Shown here: in pieces, positions 9,273-19,556 of the stretch | How positions within the stretch are numbered: the first letter of the stretch is position 1 | How the letters are laid out: each line of letters starts with the position of its first letter | NCBI GenBank assembly: GCA_965246895.1 | Contig: OZ251993.1 | Location: 838,897-902,896, forward strand | Reading direction: 5' to 3' | Origin: Alphaproteobacteria bacterium | Lineage (GTDB): Bacteria > Pseudomonadota > Alphaproteobacteria > JAIXQD01 | DNA: 64,000 bases | The notes under the pieces: model-generated | What the model was told of the DNA's origin: nothing | Databases searched by the model: none | Seen by the model: the letters and a program-made list of their open reading frames with translations, nothing else | Made by a program: the position numbers and the translations under genes

Positions 9273-10697
9273 TTGATACGTAAAACAGTTGCGATTATCG
9301 GCGCCGGGCCGAGCGGCCTTGCCGCCGCCAAGGCGGCGCTGGAGCAAGGTCTGCAACCGACCGTATTCGAGGCGGCTAACAGAATAGGCGGCTTGTGGCG
9401 GATTGGCGGTTACACTTGGCGCGGGATGCGCACCAATATCTCGAAGTATAATTGTGCCTTCTCAGATTTCCCTTGGCCGGATACGCAAAACGATTTTCCG
9501 AAAGCGGGCGCGGTTGCGGGTTATTTGCAAGATTACGCCACACGATTCAATTTGGACGAGCACATTGAGACGAACAGCCGTGTGACGCAAGTACGACGGC
9601 AGGGCGACGCTTGGGCGGTCAGTATCAATGATAGCACGCCGCGTATATTCGATGGCGTCATTGCCGCCTCTGGCATTTTCGCACAGCCTAACATGCCAGC
9701 CGTCACAGAGATCGGTGCGTTGGTTGTTAAGCACAGCGCCTATTATTGTGGGTGGCACGATCCCCGACGTACTACCATCGTCGGTGGATTGATGAGCGGA
9801 GTCGAGATCGCCGCGCATGTGGCGCGAAAGGGCGGCGAAGTCGACTTTGTGACCGACCATCCAGTTTGGATCTTGCCGCGGGTCGCGCGCTTAGACGGCT
9901 ACCAGCAGGCGGTACCCCTTGATTTGGCGCTTAACCGCCGCGATCCTATGGCGCCGCCACCATCGAATGACCGGCGTGAGCGCTTCCGCAAGACAGCGGC
10001 ATTTTTCGAAAGCCAGTTCGGCAATCCGGGCAAGGTGCATAGCCAGCTGGGGGTCTGGCCTTATCACGAGCCGCCGCAGGTGGCGGTTTCGGACGATTTC
10101 CTGAAGCATGTAAAAACCGGCGCCATCCAAATCTATCGCGGCCGCTTAAAAAGGGTCGAGGATCGCGGCCTGCTGCTGACCGATGGCCGTTTCATTAAAA
10201 GCGATCGGACGATTGCCTGCACGGGCTATCGAACCGATCTTTCGTATCTGGGCGCGGCAGAACGTATGCAGATCGGCTATCGCGAAGCGGACAAGTTCTT
10301 GCCATTCGTGGCTGACAGTTCGGTGTTTCATCCGCAACTGCCGGGATTGTGTTTTGTAGGGCTATATCGCGGGCCTTACTTCGGCGTGATGGAATTGCAG
10401 GCGCGGTATGCGGCGATGCTGCTAGCGGGCACGCTGCCCTGGCCGCAATCGATGGCAGGGGTTACAGCGCAAGTAGCGCTGCGGGCTGAGCAGCCGCGTA
10501 CGCAATTTCCGCTAGCATACATGCCATCGGCAGATGCCCTGGCCACGCGGATCGGCTGCATGCCCAACCTAAACGACCCAGCGGTACGCACAGCACCGAT
10601 GACGCCCGCGCAGTTCCGCCTGCAGGGGCCGAATAGCAATCCCGAGAGCGCGCGGCGCGGCATGGCGCAAGCGGCGCAGCGGCTGGGAATAGCATGA
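9273..10697 (+). CDS. Flavin-containing monooxygenase-like FAD/NAD(P)-binding oxidoreductase
   Basis: N-terminal Rossmann GAGPSG and FMO-like architecture. It is 474 aa and starts 20 bp after tRNA-Leu. Confidence 0.75.
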   Translation: MIRKTVAIIGAGPSGLAAAKAALEQGLQPTVFEAANRIGGLWRIGGYTWRGMRTNISKYNCAFSDFPWPDTQNDFPKAGAVAGYLQDYATRFNLDEHIETNSRVTQVRRQGDAWAVSINDSTPRIFDGVIAASGIFAQPNMPAVTEIGALVVKHSAYYCGWHDPRRTTIVGGLMSGVEIAAHVARKGGEVDFVTDHPVWILPRVARLDGYQQAVPLDLALNRRDPMAPPPSNDRRERFRKTAAFFESQFGNPGKVHSQLGVWPYHEPPQVAVSDDFLKHVKTGAIQIYRGRLKRVEDRGLLLTDGRFIKSDRTIACTGYRTDLSYLGAAERMQIGYREADKFLPFVADSSVFHPQLPGLCFVGLYRGPYFGVMELQARYAAMLLAGTLPWPQSMAGVTAQVALRAEQPRTQFPLAYMPSADALATRIGCMPNLNDPAVRTAPMTPAQFRLQGPNSNPESARRGMAQAAQRLGIA

Positions 10698-11131
10698 CCT
10701 GGCAACCAAAACACATCCTAGAGCAACTAACAGGCCGCTGGACGCTGGAGCGCATTATCAATGATGGCTCCCGCTTTACGGGGCAGGCGGTATTTACGCC
10801 TGAGGATGATGGGCTCGGTTACCGCGAAGACGGTACCTTGCAGTTTGCGAACGGCCAACGCAGCAAAGCGTATCGCGAGTATCTTTATCGTGCCGTACTT
10901 AATGGCTTTACTGTCTGGTTCCCGGACTCACCACCGCGCTTGTTTCAGGCCGTGACGTTAAGCAAGCAAGGCGATGTTTGGTCTGGGCCAGCACAGCACG
11001 ATTGCCCGCCAGACACCTACGACAGCCGCTATGTCTTCGCGCCGGACGGCAGCTTTAGCATTTCGCACAGCGTGCAGGGGCCGCGGAAAGCCTACAGGAT
11101 GGTTGGCACCTATCAGCGTCTAACGCTGTAA
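10694..11131 (+). CDS. Hypothetical protein, translationally coupled to the monooxygenase (ATGA overlap)
   Basis: 145 aa with no catalytic motif recognised. A nitrobindin/lipocalin-like beta-barrel is possible (G-x-W motif near the N-terminus), but this is speculative. Confidence 0.5.
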   Translation: MTWQPKHILEQLTGRWTLERIINDGSRFTGQAVFTPEDDGLGYREDGTLQFANGQRSKAYREYLYRAVLNGFTVWFPDSPPRLFQAVTLSKQGDVWSGPAQHDCPPDTYDSRYVFAPDGSFSISHSVQGPRKAYRMVGTYQRLTL

Positions 11132-11208
11132 TTAGCCAATATCCTTGCGGTCTATCGACCTAACCGCTATGTTCCGCGCCTGAATTTCAACTAAACCCCG
11201 GATTTATC

Positions 11209-12534
11209 ATGCAAGTCACTCAGCTCAAGAACGACGGCCTCAGCTATCAATTCAAGGTTGTTCTGCCCGGCAGCGACGTTTCCAAGGCAGTCGAGACCAA
11301 GCTGGCCAGCGTTGCTAAGCAAGTCAAAATGCCCGGCTTCCGCCCCGGCAAGGTGCCGATGAATATTGTGCGCGATCGTTATGCGATCAGCGTGCGCGGC
11401 GAAGTGGTTGAGGATCTGGTTAACAAGTCAACCCAATCTGCCTTGAAAGACAAAGGCTTGCGCGCTGCCGTTCAACCGAAGATCGAGCTTGAAGGCGATA
11501 TTTTCAACGCCGAGTCGGATGTGGCCTACAATTTATCTGTTGAAGTGCTGCCGACGATCGAACCGGTGGATGTCAGCAGCCTGGCGCTGACGCGCGAAAC
11601 CGCCCCGGTCGACAATGAAGCGGTGGAAGCCCGGCTGAAGGCCTTTGCCGCGCAATTGCGCAGCACGGCACCAGCGCCGGAAGGCAAAGCTGCCGAAAAT
11701 GGCGACACGCTTGTGATCGATTTCGACGGCAGCGTCGACGGTCAGCGCCGAGACGGAATGCTGTCGGAAGGGTTTAATCTGGAGCTTGGCTCGAACAGCC
11801 TGATCCCCGGTTTTGAAGAGCAATTGGTTGGCATGAAGGCGGGCGAGACGCGCACGATCACCGTGACCTTCCCGGCGGATTACCACGCGGGCGAATTGGC
11901 GAATAAAGAGGCGCAATTCATCGTCAAGGCGAACGAGGTCAAGGTGCCAGCGCCGGCCACGTTGGATGACGAGTTTGCCAAGCGCATCGGCGCCAAGGAT
12001 ATGGCCGACCTGCGCGAGGGCGTCACGAAGAGCCTGGAGGCGGATTATGCCAGCGCCAGCCGCAACAAGCTGAAGCGGGCGCTGCTGGATCTGCTGGCCG
12101 ATAAATATAGCTTCGAAGTTCCGGCCAGCATGGTGGAAGCGGAATTCGCCGGCATCTGGAAGCAGGTCGAAGCGGACAAGGCTGCGGGCAATCTAGATGC
12201 GGACGATAAGGGCAAAAGCGACGAGACGCTGAAAACCGATTATCGCAAGATTGCTGAGCGGCGCGTGCGCTTGGGCCTGTTGCTGGCCGAGATCAGCACG
12301 CAGCAAAAGGTGCAGGTCACGAATCAGGAGCTGCAACAAGCAGTGCGCACGCAGGCGATGAGCTACCCAGGGCAGGAAGCGCAAATCGTCGAGTTTTATT
12401 CAAAGAATCCGCAGGCCGTGCAATCGCTGCAGGCGCAGGCATTTGAGGACAAGGTCGTTGATACAATTATCAGCAAGGCGAAGATGACGGATAAGACAGT
12501 TACAAAAGACGTGCTGATGACCGACGCAGGATAA
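11209..12534 (+). CDS. tig: Trigger factor
   Basis: 441 aa. The N-terminus MQVTQ...GFRPGKVP is the trigger factor ribosome-binding signature. It sits upstream of clpP-clpX-lon. Confidence 0.95.
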   Translation: MQVTQLKNDGLSYQFKVVLPGSDVSKAVETKLASVAKQVKMPGFRPGKVPMNIVRDRYAISVRGEVVEDLVNKSTQSALKDKGLRAAVQPKIELEGDIFNAESDVAYNLSVEVLPTIEPVDVSSLALTRETAPVDNEAVEARLKAFAAQLRSTAPAPEGKAAENGDTLVIDFDGSVDGQRRDGMLSEGFNLELGSNSLIPGFEEQLVGMKAGETRTITVTFPADYHAGELANKEAQFIVKANEVKVPAPATLDDEFAKRIGAKDMADLREGVTKSLEADYASASRNKLKRALLDLLADKYSFEVPASMVEAEFAGIWKQVEADKAAGNLDADDKGKSDETLKTDYRKIAERRVRLGLLLAEISTQQKVQVTNQELQQAVRTQAMSYPGQEAQIVEFYSKNPQAVQSLQAQAFEDKVVDTIISKAKMTDKTVTKDVLMTDAG

Positions 12535-12554
12535 CGACACAGTTTAATGAATAG

Positions 12555-12581
12555 AAAGGCGGGCTGCGGCCCGCCTTTTTC
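12555..12581 (+). terminator. Rho-independent terminator after tig
   Basis: Hairpin AAAGGCGGGC-TGCG-GCCCGCCTTT followed by a T-run. Confidence 0.7.
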
Positions 12582-12619
12582 ATGTTCACAGTAGGTGCGA
12601 AGCCGCCCACAATGGCTTT

Positions 12620-13411
12620 ATGAGTTCACAGATTTTTCAAAGCTTTTGGCACGGGGCGCCGCTATCGCCTTATGAATTGATGTGCGTGAAGTCATTCCTC
12701 GACCATGGGCACGCGTATCATCTTTATTCGTATAGCGAGTTGGCAGTGCCGGAAGGCTGCATCGTGATGGATGCAGCGGAAATCTTGCCGCGGGCGCAGG
12801 TGTTTGCCTATCAGAAAGGCGGTAGCTTTTCGGCTTTCTCGAACTGGTTTCGCTACAAGCTGCTGCATGCGCGCGGCAACTGGTGGGTCGATACGGATGT
12901 TGTTTGCCTGAGCGCCGAATGGCCGGGCGAGCCACGGCAGGTGGGATACGAAGATTTAAATGAGAAGATCAATGGCGCCGTCATCCGCGCACAGGTTGGC
13001 GACCAGATGATGGCGGAGGCGTTCCGAATAGCGGAATCCTACGGGCAGGATATAACCTGGGGCATGATCGGGCCCAAGCTGGTCACGCAGTTGATCGCAA
13101 CCAGGCAATACGATTACAAAGTGTGGGACGCATTCAAATTCTATCCCGTATTCCATGAGACCTTCACGCAGCTTTTGGATCCGAGTTTTGCGAAGCTAGA
13201 CGAGTTGCAGCAGCTGGGTGCGGTCGGTCTGCATCTGTGGAACGAGATGTTTCGGATCTACAAGATCGACAAGACCGTGGCGCCGCCAGCACAGTCACTG
13301 CTGTGGCAATGCTTTGAGCGGTACAACCTGCTGCATCTGTTTACTCAGCAATATAGTTACGACGCGGCCAAACAGCGATTGGTCGGCCCGCTGCCGATAA
13401 CTGGAACCTAG
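12620..13411 (+). CDS. Glycosyltransferase, GT32-like (DXD-containing sugar-binding region; alpha-galactosyl/mannosyl-transferase type)
   Basis: N-terminal FQSFWHG motif and WVDTDV (DXD). It lies immediately upstream of galE. Confidence 0.65.
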   Translation: MSSQIFQSFWHGAPLSPYELMCVKSFLDHGHAYHLYSYSELAVPEGCIVMDAAEILPRAQVFAYQKGGSFSAFSNWFRYKLLHARGNWWVDTDVVCLSAEWPGEPRQVGYEDLNEKINGAVIRAQVGDQMMAEAFRIAESYGQDITWGMIGPKLVTQLIATRQYDYKVWDAFKFYPVFHETFTQLLDPSFAKLDELQQLGAVGLHLWNEMFRIYKIDKTVAPPAQSLLWQCFERYNLLHLFTQQYSYDAAKQRLVGPLPITGT

Positions 13412-13436
13412 CCCTGAGGATTAGAGGATTAAAAGT

Positions 13437-14429
13437 ATGAGTGACCAGAAAACAGTGATCGTCTGCGGTGGTGCCGGCTATATCGGCAGCCATACCGCCA
13501 AGCAGTTGGCGGCCAGCGGCCGCAAGGTGGTCGTGGTCGACGATCTGTCGAACGGGCATGCCTGGGCCGTGCAATGGGGCGCGCTTGAGTGCGGCGATAT
13601 CGGTGACAAGGCGTTTATGGCCAGCGTTTTTGCCAAGCATAAGCCTGATGCCGTGCTGCATTTCGCCGCGCTGATCGATGTCGCAGACTCTGTTGCGAAC
13701 CCAGCCAAGTATTTCGAATGCAACCTTGTGAAGTCGCTGCGCCTGTTCGATGCAGTGGTGGAAGCGGGGATTAAGAAGATCGTCTTTTCCAGCACGGCAG
13801 CGGTTTACGGCTCCCCCGACGTCAGCGTGCCGATCACGGAGGATCAGCCTTGCGCGCCGATCAATCCGTATGGGGAAAGCAAGCTGGCAATGGAACATGG
13901 CCTCCGCAGCTATCCGCAATATCGAGCGGTAAAGCATGTCGTGCTGCGCTATTTCAATGCCGCAGGTGCTGACCCTGAAGGGCAAACGGGCGCGGCGCAT
14001 CATATTATCACACATCTGACGCCACGGGCGATCATGGCGGCAATGGGCGAGACGCCGCCGCTGAGCCTGTTCGGGGGCGATTACCCGACGCCTGATGGCA
14101 CCTGTGTGCGCGATTACATCCACGTGCAGGATCTAGCGAAGGCGCATGTGGCGGCGCTAGATTATCTTGATCGTGGCGGGGAGAGCGCAACCTTCAACCT
14201 CGGCACTGGCCGTGGCAGCAGCGTCAAAGAGATTTTGCAGACGGTAGAGGCGGTGACCGGCAAGCCAGTGCCGCACAAAATCGTGCCGCGGCGACCTGGT
14301 GATCCGGCTAATCTGGTGGCGTCAAACGAAAAAGCGAAAGTGACACTAGGCTGGGTACCTGAGCTGGGTCTGACGGAGATTGTCGCCACAGCGGCCCGGT
14401 GGATTGAGATTTTGAAAACGAAGCCATAG
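13437..14429 (+). CDS. galE: UDP-glucose 4-epimerase
   Basis: 330 aa with GGAGYIGSH Rossmann motif and short-chain dehydrogenase/epimerase architecture. Confidence 0.9.
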   Translation: MSDQKTVIVCGGAGYIGSHTAKQLAASGRKVVVVDDLSNGHAWAVQWGALECGDIGDKAFMASVFAKHKPDAVLHFAALIDVADSVANPAKYFECNLVKSLRLFDAVVEAGIKKIVFSSTAAVYGSPDVSVPITEDQPCAPINPYGESKLAMEHGLRSYPQYRAVKHVVLRYFNAAGADPEGQTGAAHHIITHLTPRAIMAAMGETPPLSLFGGDYPTPDGTCVRDYIHVQDLAKAHVAALDYLDRGGESATFNLGTGRGSSVKEILQTVEAVTGKPVPHKIVPRRPGDPANLVASNEKAKVTLGWVPELGLTEIVATAARWIEILKTKP

Positions 14430-14588
14430 CTGTAGCAGCTGATAGAAAATTCGTTTCGGCTGTCGGTTAGGTATTGTAACGCGTGTGCGCTGCATTAAAT
14501 AAGATCGGCATAGTCAGGTGGTGCAATTGACGCCTGCGCCATGATCTGCTGAATTAGAGGCAAGCTAAACAGGTTCCAACCGGAGAGC

Positions 14589-15275
14589 ATGATGATCGAT
14601 CCACGCAACTATTACCTTCCCAATCTTGGCATGGGCGATGGCAATTCCGAAAAGCGCGAATTGCTGGCCAGCCTTGTGCCGATGGTGATCGAGACCAGCA
14701 GCCGCGGCGAGCGTGCTTTTGATATTTATTCACGCTTGCTGCGCGAGCGCATTATTTTCCTGACGGGCGAGGTCGAAGACCACATGTCGTCACTCATCTG
14801 TGCACAGTTGTTGTATTTGGAGTCGGAAAATCCGGAAAAAGAAATCGCGATGTACGTTAATTCGCCAGGCGGCAGCGTGACGGCTGGCCTCGCGATGTAC
14901 GACACAATGCAATATATCAAATGCCCGGTTGCAACCGTGTGCGTTGGTATGGCGGCCTCGATGGGGTCGATCCTGCTGACGGGTGGCGAGGCTGGCAAGC
15001 GTTATGCCTTGCCAAATTCTGAAGTGATGATCCATCAGCCGCTAGGCGGGTTCCGCGGACAGTCAGCCGATATTCAGCTCCACGCCAAGAATATTCAGAA
15101 AATGCACGATCGTCTGGTCGGCATTTATGAAAAACATACTGGCAAGGATAAAGACACGATCGTAAAGGCGCTAGATCGCGACAACTTCATGTCGGCTGAC
15201 GAGGCGAAAGCCTGGGGCCTAATTGACGAAGTCGTGACGAAGAAGCCAGCGGGCGCTGATCCGGCTCAGAACTAA
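14589..15275 (+). CDS. clpP: ATP-dependent Clp protease proteolytic subunit
   Basis: Contains [23 protein letters not shown], active-site GMAASMG (Ser) and MIHQP (His). GGAGAG Shine-Dalgarno precedes the ATG. Confidence 0.95.
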   Translation: MMIDPRNYYLPNLGMGDGNSEKRELLASLVPMVIETSSRGERAFDIYSRLLRERIIFLTGEVEDHMSSLICAQLLYLESENPEKEIAMYVNSPGGSVTAGLAMYDTMQYIKCPVATVCVGMAASMGSILLTGGEAGKRYALPNSEVMIHQPLGGFRGQSADIQLHAKNIQKMHDRLVGIYEKHTGKDKDTIVKALDRDNFMSADEAKAWGLIDEVVTKKPAGADPAQN

Positions 15276-15443
15276 GCCAGGGAAGGAATGCGCAAATGGC
15301 ACGCCGCTTGAATATACGACCAGTGGAAGCCAAATGAGTGTTTCGATGCAACCGATTGTGCAGCGTAACCAGTTGTTAAGACCTGGGCTGCTTAGCTTTA
15401 GTTATGGCTTAACAGCCAAAGATTTTTAGGGCGGAGACGCGTT

Positions 15444-16787
15444 ATGACGACGAAGGCAACCACCGGCGCAAGTAGCGGTTCAGGCGATAGCAAGAATACG
15501 CTGTATTGCTCGTTCTGCGGGAAAAGCCAGCACGAAGTGCGGAAGCTGATTGCCGGCCCGACCGTCTTCATCTGCGATGAATGCGTTGAGTTGTGCGTCG
15601 AGATCATCCGCGAGGAAAATAAGACGAACCTCGTCAAGTCCTCTGCTGGCGTGCCAAGCCCGCGCGATATTCAGGCTGTGCTAGATGAATATGTGATCGG
15701 GCAGGAACGTGCGAAGCGCGCGCTGTCGGTTGCCGTGCACAATCACTACAAACGCTTAGCGCATGCGCAAAAGGGTGGCGGCGAGATCGAGCTGCAAAAG
15801 TCCAACATTCTGATCGTCGGGCCAACTGGTACCGGGAAGACGCTGCTGGCGCAGACGCTGGCCCGCATCATCGACGTGCCGTTCACCATGGCCGACGCTA
15901 CAACCCTGACCGAAGCCGGTTACGTGGGCGAAGACGTCGAGAATATCGTCCTCAAGCTGCTGCAGGCTGCCGACTATAACGTTGAGCGGGCGCAACGTGG
16001 CATCGTTTATATCGACGAGATCGATAAGATCAGCCGCAAGAGCGACAACCCTTCGATCACGCGTGACGTCTCGGGCGAAGGCGTGCAGCAGGCGTTGCTG
16101 AAGATTATGGAAGGCACGGTTGCCAGCGTGCCGCCACAGGGTGGCCGCAAGCATCCGCAGCAGGAATTCCTGCAGGTCGACACAACGAACATTCTGTTCA
16201 TCTGCGGCGGCGCCTTCGCGGGCCTCGACAAGATCATCGCCCAGCGCGGGCGCGGCACCTCAATAGGTTTTGGCGCCGATGTGCGAAATGCCGAAATCCG
16301 CCGCGTCGGCGAGATGTTCGCGCAGGTCGAGCCGGACGATCTGTTGAAGTTCGGTTTGATCCCCGAATTCGTGGGTCGTCTGCCGGTCATTGCCTCGCTC
16401 GACGATCTCGACGAAGCGACACTGGTAAACATCCTGAGCGAGCCGAAAAACGCGCTCGTGAAGCAGTATCAGCGCCTGTTCGATATGGAAAACGTGAAGC
16501 TGGAATTCACCGACGAAGCCTTGCTGGAAATCGCCAAAAAGGCCTTGGAGCGGAAGACTGGCGCGCGGGGTCTGCGCTCGATCATGGAAGGCATCCTGCT
16601 CGACCCGATGTACGATATGCCGGGCCGCACGGATGTCGAAAAGGTCGTCATCACCGGCGAGGTCGTGAAGGATAAGCTGAAAAAGCCTGAATATGTAATG
16701 CTTGATCCGAAAAAGGTGGCCGAGGCCGAGAAGGCTAAGGCGAAAGAGGCCGAGGCGAAAACTAAGGCCGAAGCGGCAAGCGCTTAG
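15444..16787 (+). CDS. clpX: ATP-dependent Clp protease ATP-binding subunit ClpX, with a Lys/Ala/Glu-rich C-terminal tail
   Basis: Zinc-binding CSFCGK...CDEC, Walker A GPTGTGKT, and overall ClpX architecture. Confidence 0.95.
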   Translation: MTTKATTGASSGSGDSKNTLYCSFCGKSQHEVRKLIAGPTVFICDECVELCVEIIREENKTNLVKSSAGVPSPRDIQAVLDEYVIGQERAKRALSVAVHNHYKRLAHAQKGGGEIELQKSNILIVGPTGTGKTLLAQTLARIIDVPFTMADATTLTEAGYVGEDVENIVLKLLQAADYNVERAQRGIVYIDEIDKISRKSDNPSITRDVSGEGVQQALLKIMEGTVASVPPQGGRKHPQQEFLQVDTTNILFICGGAFAGLDKIIAQRGRGTSIGFGADVRNAEIRRVGEMFAQVEPDDLLKFGLIPEFVGRLPVIASLDDLDEATLVNILSEPKNALVKQYQRLFDMENVKLEFTDEALLEIAKKALERKTGARGLRSIMEGILLDPMYDMPGRTDVEKVVITGEVVKDKLKKPEYVMLDPKKVAEAEKAKAKEAEAKTKAEAASA

Positions 16788-16792
16788 ATTTA

Positions 16793-16826
16793 GAAACGGG
16801 GGCTGAGAGGCTCCCGTTTTTTTGTT
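16793..16826 (+). terminator. Rho-independent terminator after clpX
   Basis: AACGGG...CCCGTT stem followed by TTTTTTTG. Confidence 0.6.
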
Positions 16827-16866
16827 TTAGATACTTCAATATTACTACATGTCTGCAGTGACCGAC

Positions 16867-16895
16867 CTTGAAATGGTTAACAGCGCTGCCTAAAT
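16867..16895 (+). promoter_or_regulatory. Putative RpoH (sigma-32) heat-shock promoter for lon
   Basis: CTTGAAA-N-CCTAAAT approximates the CTTG-N17/18-CYTATNT alphaproteobacterial RpoH consensus. It lies about 110 bp upstream of the lon start. Confidence 0.4.
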
Positions 16896-17008
16896 CAGGC
16901 TGTGACAATTAACCTGTACGCCGCGAATCCGTGGCATACTCAGATAATCCTGATTCTATCCTGATGCCGCGGGCGCTCGATCAGAGCGACCAGCGGTGGA
17001 GACAATGA

Positions 17009-19468
17009 ATGACCAAAGAGACTCAAACAACTATACAGACCATTTCCGTTTATCCCGTGCTGCCATTGCGCGACATCGTGGTATTTCCGAATATGATCGT
17101 ACCGCTGTTCGTGGGGCGCGAGAAATCGATCAAAGCGCTGGAGCAACTGATCAACGAGGATGGCAGCATCAGCGACAAGCCGATCCTGCTGCTGACTCAA
17201 AAAAACGCACAGCAGGATGAGCCAACGGCCGAAGACTTGTACCGTTTTGGCGTCATCGGCGTCATGCATAATTTTCTGCGCTTGCCGGATGGCACGGTGA
17301 AAGTGCTGATCGAGGGCGAGCGCCGCGCCGAAGTCAGCGATTTCATGCATAACGATGCTTATTTCCAGGCCGCGGCTACTATCGTAGGTGAAGATGATGG
17401 CGATGCGACTGAAGAAGAGGGTCAAGAGCTGGATGCGCTGGTGCGCACGGTCATCTCGCAGTTCGATAATTACATTAAACTGAACAAGAAAATTCCGCCT
17501 GAAGTCATGGTTTCGCTGGGGCAGGAAAAAAGCCCCACCAAGCTCGCCGATACTGTGGCTAGCCATCTGACGCTGAAGATTAGTGATAAGCAAGAGCTGC
17601 TAGAGACGGTTAGCGTGGCTGCGCGGCTGGAAAAAGTATTCGGATTCATGGAAGGCGAAATCGGCGTGCTGCAGGTGGAGCGGCGCATACGTAGCCGCGT
17701 GAAGAAGCAGATGGAGAAAACCCAGCGCGAATATTATTTGAACGAGCAGATGAAAGCGATCCAACGCGAGCTTGGCGATGGCGAGGACGGTAAGAGCGAT
17801 ACCGACGAATATGCCGACAAGCTGCGGAAGACCAAGCTGACCAAGGAAGCGCGCGAAAAGGCCGAGGCCGAACTGAAGAAATTGCGCGGCATGGGGCCGA
17901 TGAGTGCCGAGGCTACCGTCGTGCGTAACTACCTGGACTGGGTGCTCTCCGTGCCATGGCAGAAGCGCACCAAGGTCAAGAAAGATATCAATCAGGCCGA
18001 GACGCTTTTGAACGAGCAGCATTACGGGCTGGAGAAGGTCAAAGAGCGCATCCTTGAATATCTGGCAGTGCAGACACGCAGCCAAAAGGTGAAGGGGCCA
18101 ATCCTGTGTCTTGTCGGGCCTCCCGGTGTTGGGAAGACCTCACTCGGCAAATCGATTGCGGAAGCCACTGGCCGCAACTTCGTGCGCATGTCGCTGGGCG
18201 GCGTGCGAGACGAGAGCGAAATTCGCGGCCATCGGCGCACTTATATCGGCTCAATGCCGGGTAAGGTCATCCAAGGGATGAAGAAGGCCAAAAGCTCGAA
18301 CCCGTTGTTCCTGCTGGATGAGGTCGACAAGCTGGGCAATGACTGGCGTGGTGATCCGTCGTCAGCATTGCTGGAGGTGCTAGACCCAGAACAGAACAGC
18401 ACCTTCAACGATCATTATCTGGAGGTCGATTATGACCTTTCGGACGTGATGTTTGTTTGCACGGCCAATAGCTTGAAGATGCCGCAGCCGCTGCTTGATC
18501 GGATGGAAATCATCCGCGTGTCGGGTTACACCGAGGATGAGAAGGTACAGATCGCGCGCCGCCACCTGCTGCAAAAGCAGATCGAAGCGAATGGTTTGAA
18601 AAAAGGCGAATTCTCTATCTCTGATGAAGGCCTGCGCGATCTGGTAAGGCATTATACGCGCGAAGCGGGCGTACGCAGCCTTGAGCGCGAGCTGGCGAGC
18701 CTGTGCCGGAAAGCGGTAAAAGAGATTGTCTCTGCCAAAGGTAAAAAAGAGAAAGTGGCAATCACACCACGGAATCTTGCCAAATATGCAGGCGTGCCGC
18801 GCTTCAAGTATGGCGCGAGCGAGTTGGAAGATATGGTCGGCATGACGACCGGCTTAGCCTGGACGGAGGTTGGCGGCGAATTACTGACGATCGAAGCCGT
18901 GATGCTGCCGGGCAAGGGCCGCATTCAAACAACGGGCAAGTTGGGCGATGTTATGAAAGAATCCGTGCAGGCCGCAGAAAGCCTGGTGCGGGCGCGGGCG
19001 GTATCATTCGGGATCAAGCCTACATTGTTCGAGAAGCGCGACATCCATGTGCATGTGCCGGAAGGCGCGACGCCGAAGGACGGGCCATCGGCAGGGGTCG
19101 CTATGGTGACATCTATCGTTTCTGTGCTGACGGGCATTGCCGTGCGCGGCAATATTGCCATGACGGGCGAGATCACGCTGCGTGGCCGCGTGCTGCCAAT
19201 TGGAGGCCTTAAGGAAAAGCTGTTGGCGGCGCTGCATGGCGGCATTACGAAAGTTCTGATCCCGCAGGACAACGTGAAAGATCTGGCCGAGATACCGGAC
19301 AATGTGAAAAAGGGATTGGAGATTGTGCCGGTCTCTACCGTCGAGCAGGTCTTGCAGCATGCATTGGTGCGCGAGTTGACGCCCATCGAATGGAGCGAGG
19401 TTGAAGATGCGGTGATTGCCGCTAAGAGTGAAAGCGCAAGCGTTGGCGAAGAAACGATTCGGCACTAA
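17009..19468 (+). CDS. lon: ATP-dependent Lon protease
   Basis: 819 aa with LON N-domain, Walker A GPPGVGKTS, and protease domain PKDGPSAG (catalytic Ser). Confidence 0.95.
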   Translation: MTKETQTTIQTISVYPVLPLRDIVVFPNMIVPLFVGREKSIKALEQLINEDGSISDKPILLLTQKNAQQDEPTAEDLYRFGVIGVMHNFLRLPDGTVKVLIEGERRAEVSDFMHNDAYFQAAATIVGEDDGDATEEEGQELDALVRTVISQFDNYIKLNKKIPPEVMVSLGQEKSPTKLADTVASHLTLKISDKQELLETVSVAARLEKVFGFMEGEIGVLQVERRIRSRVKKQMEKTQREYYLNEQMKAIQRELGDGEDGKSDTDEYADKLRKTKLTKEAREKAEAELKKLRGMGPMSAEATVVRNYLDWVLSVPWQKRTKVKKDINQAETLLNEQHYGLEKVKERILEYLAVQTRSQKVKGPILCLVGPPGVGKTSLGKSIAEATGRNFVRMSLGGVRDESEIRGHRRTYIGSMPGKVIQGMKKAKSSNPLFLLDEVDKLGNDWRGDPSSALLEVLDPEQNSTFNDHYLEVDYDLSDVMFVCTANSLKMPQPLLDRMEIIRVSGYTEDEKVQIARRHLLQKQIEANGLKKGEFSISDEGLRDLVRHYTREAGVRSLERELASLCRKAVKEIVSAKGKKEKVAITPRNLAKYAGVPRFKYGASELEDMVGMTTGLAWTEVGGELLTIEAVMLPGKGRIQTTGKLGDVMKESVQAAESLVRARAVSFGIKPTLFEKRDIHVHVPEGATPKDGPSAGVAMVTSIVSVLTGIAVRGNIAMTGEITLRGRVLPIGGLKEKLLAALHGGITKVLIPQDNVKDLAEIPDNVKKGLEIVPVSTVEQVLQHALVRELTPIEWSEVEDAVIAAKSESASVGEETIRH

Positions 19469-19528
19469 CAGGAAGAATCACTAAGTAAACAAAGGCGTTG
19501 CAGGAAAACATGTGCAAAGGCAAGTGAA

Positions 19529-19556
19529 AAAACGGCGGTTTTCTGCCGTTTTTTTA
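19529..19556 (+). terminator. Rho-independent terminator after lon
   Basis: AACGGC-GGTTTTCT-GCCGTT followed by TTTTT. Confidence 0.7.

Noticed and set aside
8590-9356. ORFs 8590..8985(-), 8773..9150(+) N-terminal extension, and 9174..9356(-) overlapping tRNA-His and tRNA-Leu
   Set aside because: They overlap hand-folded tRNA genes. Only the internal-start version (8833..9150) of the plus ORF is compatible with the tRNAs.
16940-17593. 217-aa minus-strand ORF overlapping the lon start and 5' region
   Set aside because: It is antisense to lon. The translation has no motifs, and the lon ORF is unambiguous.
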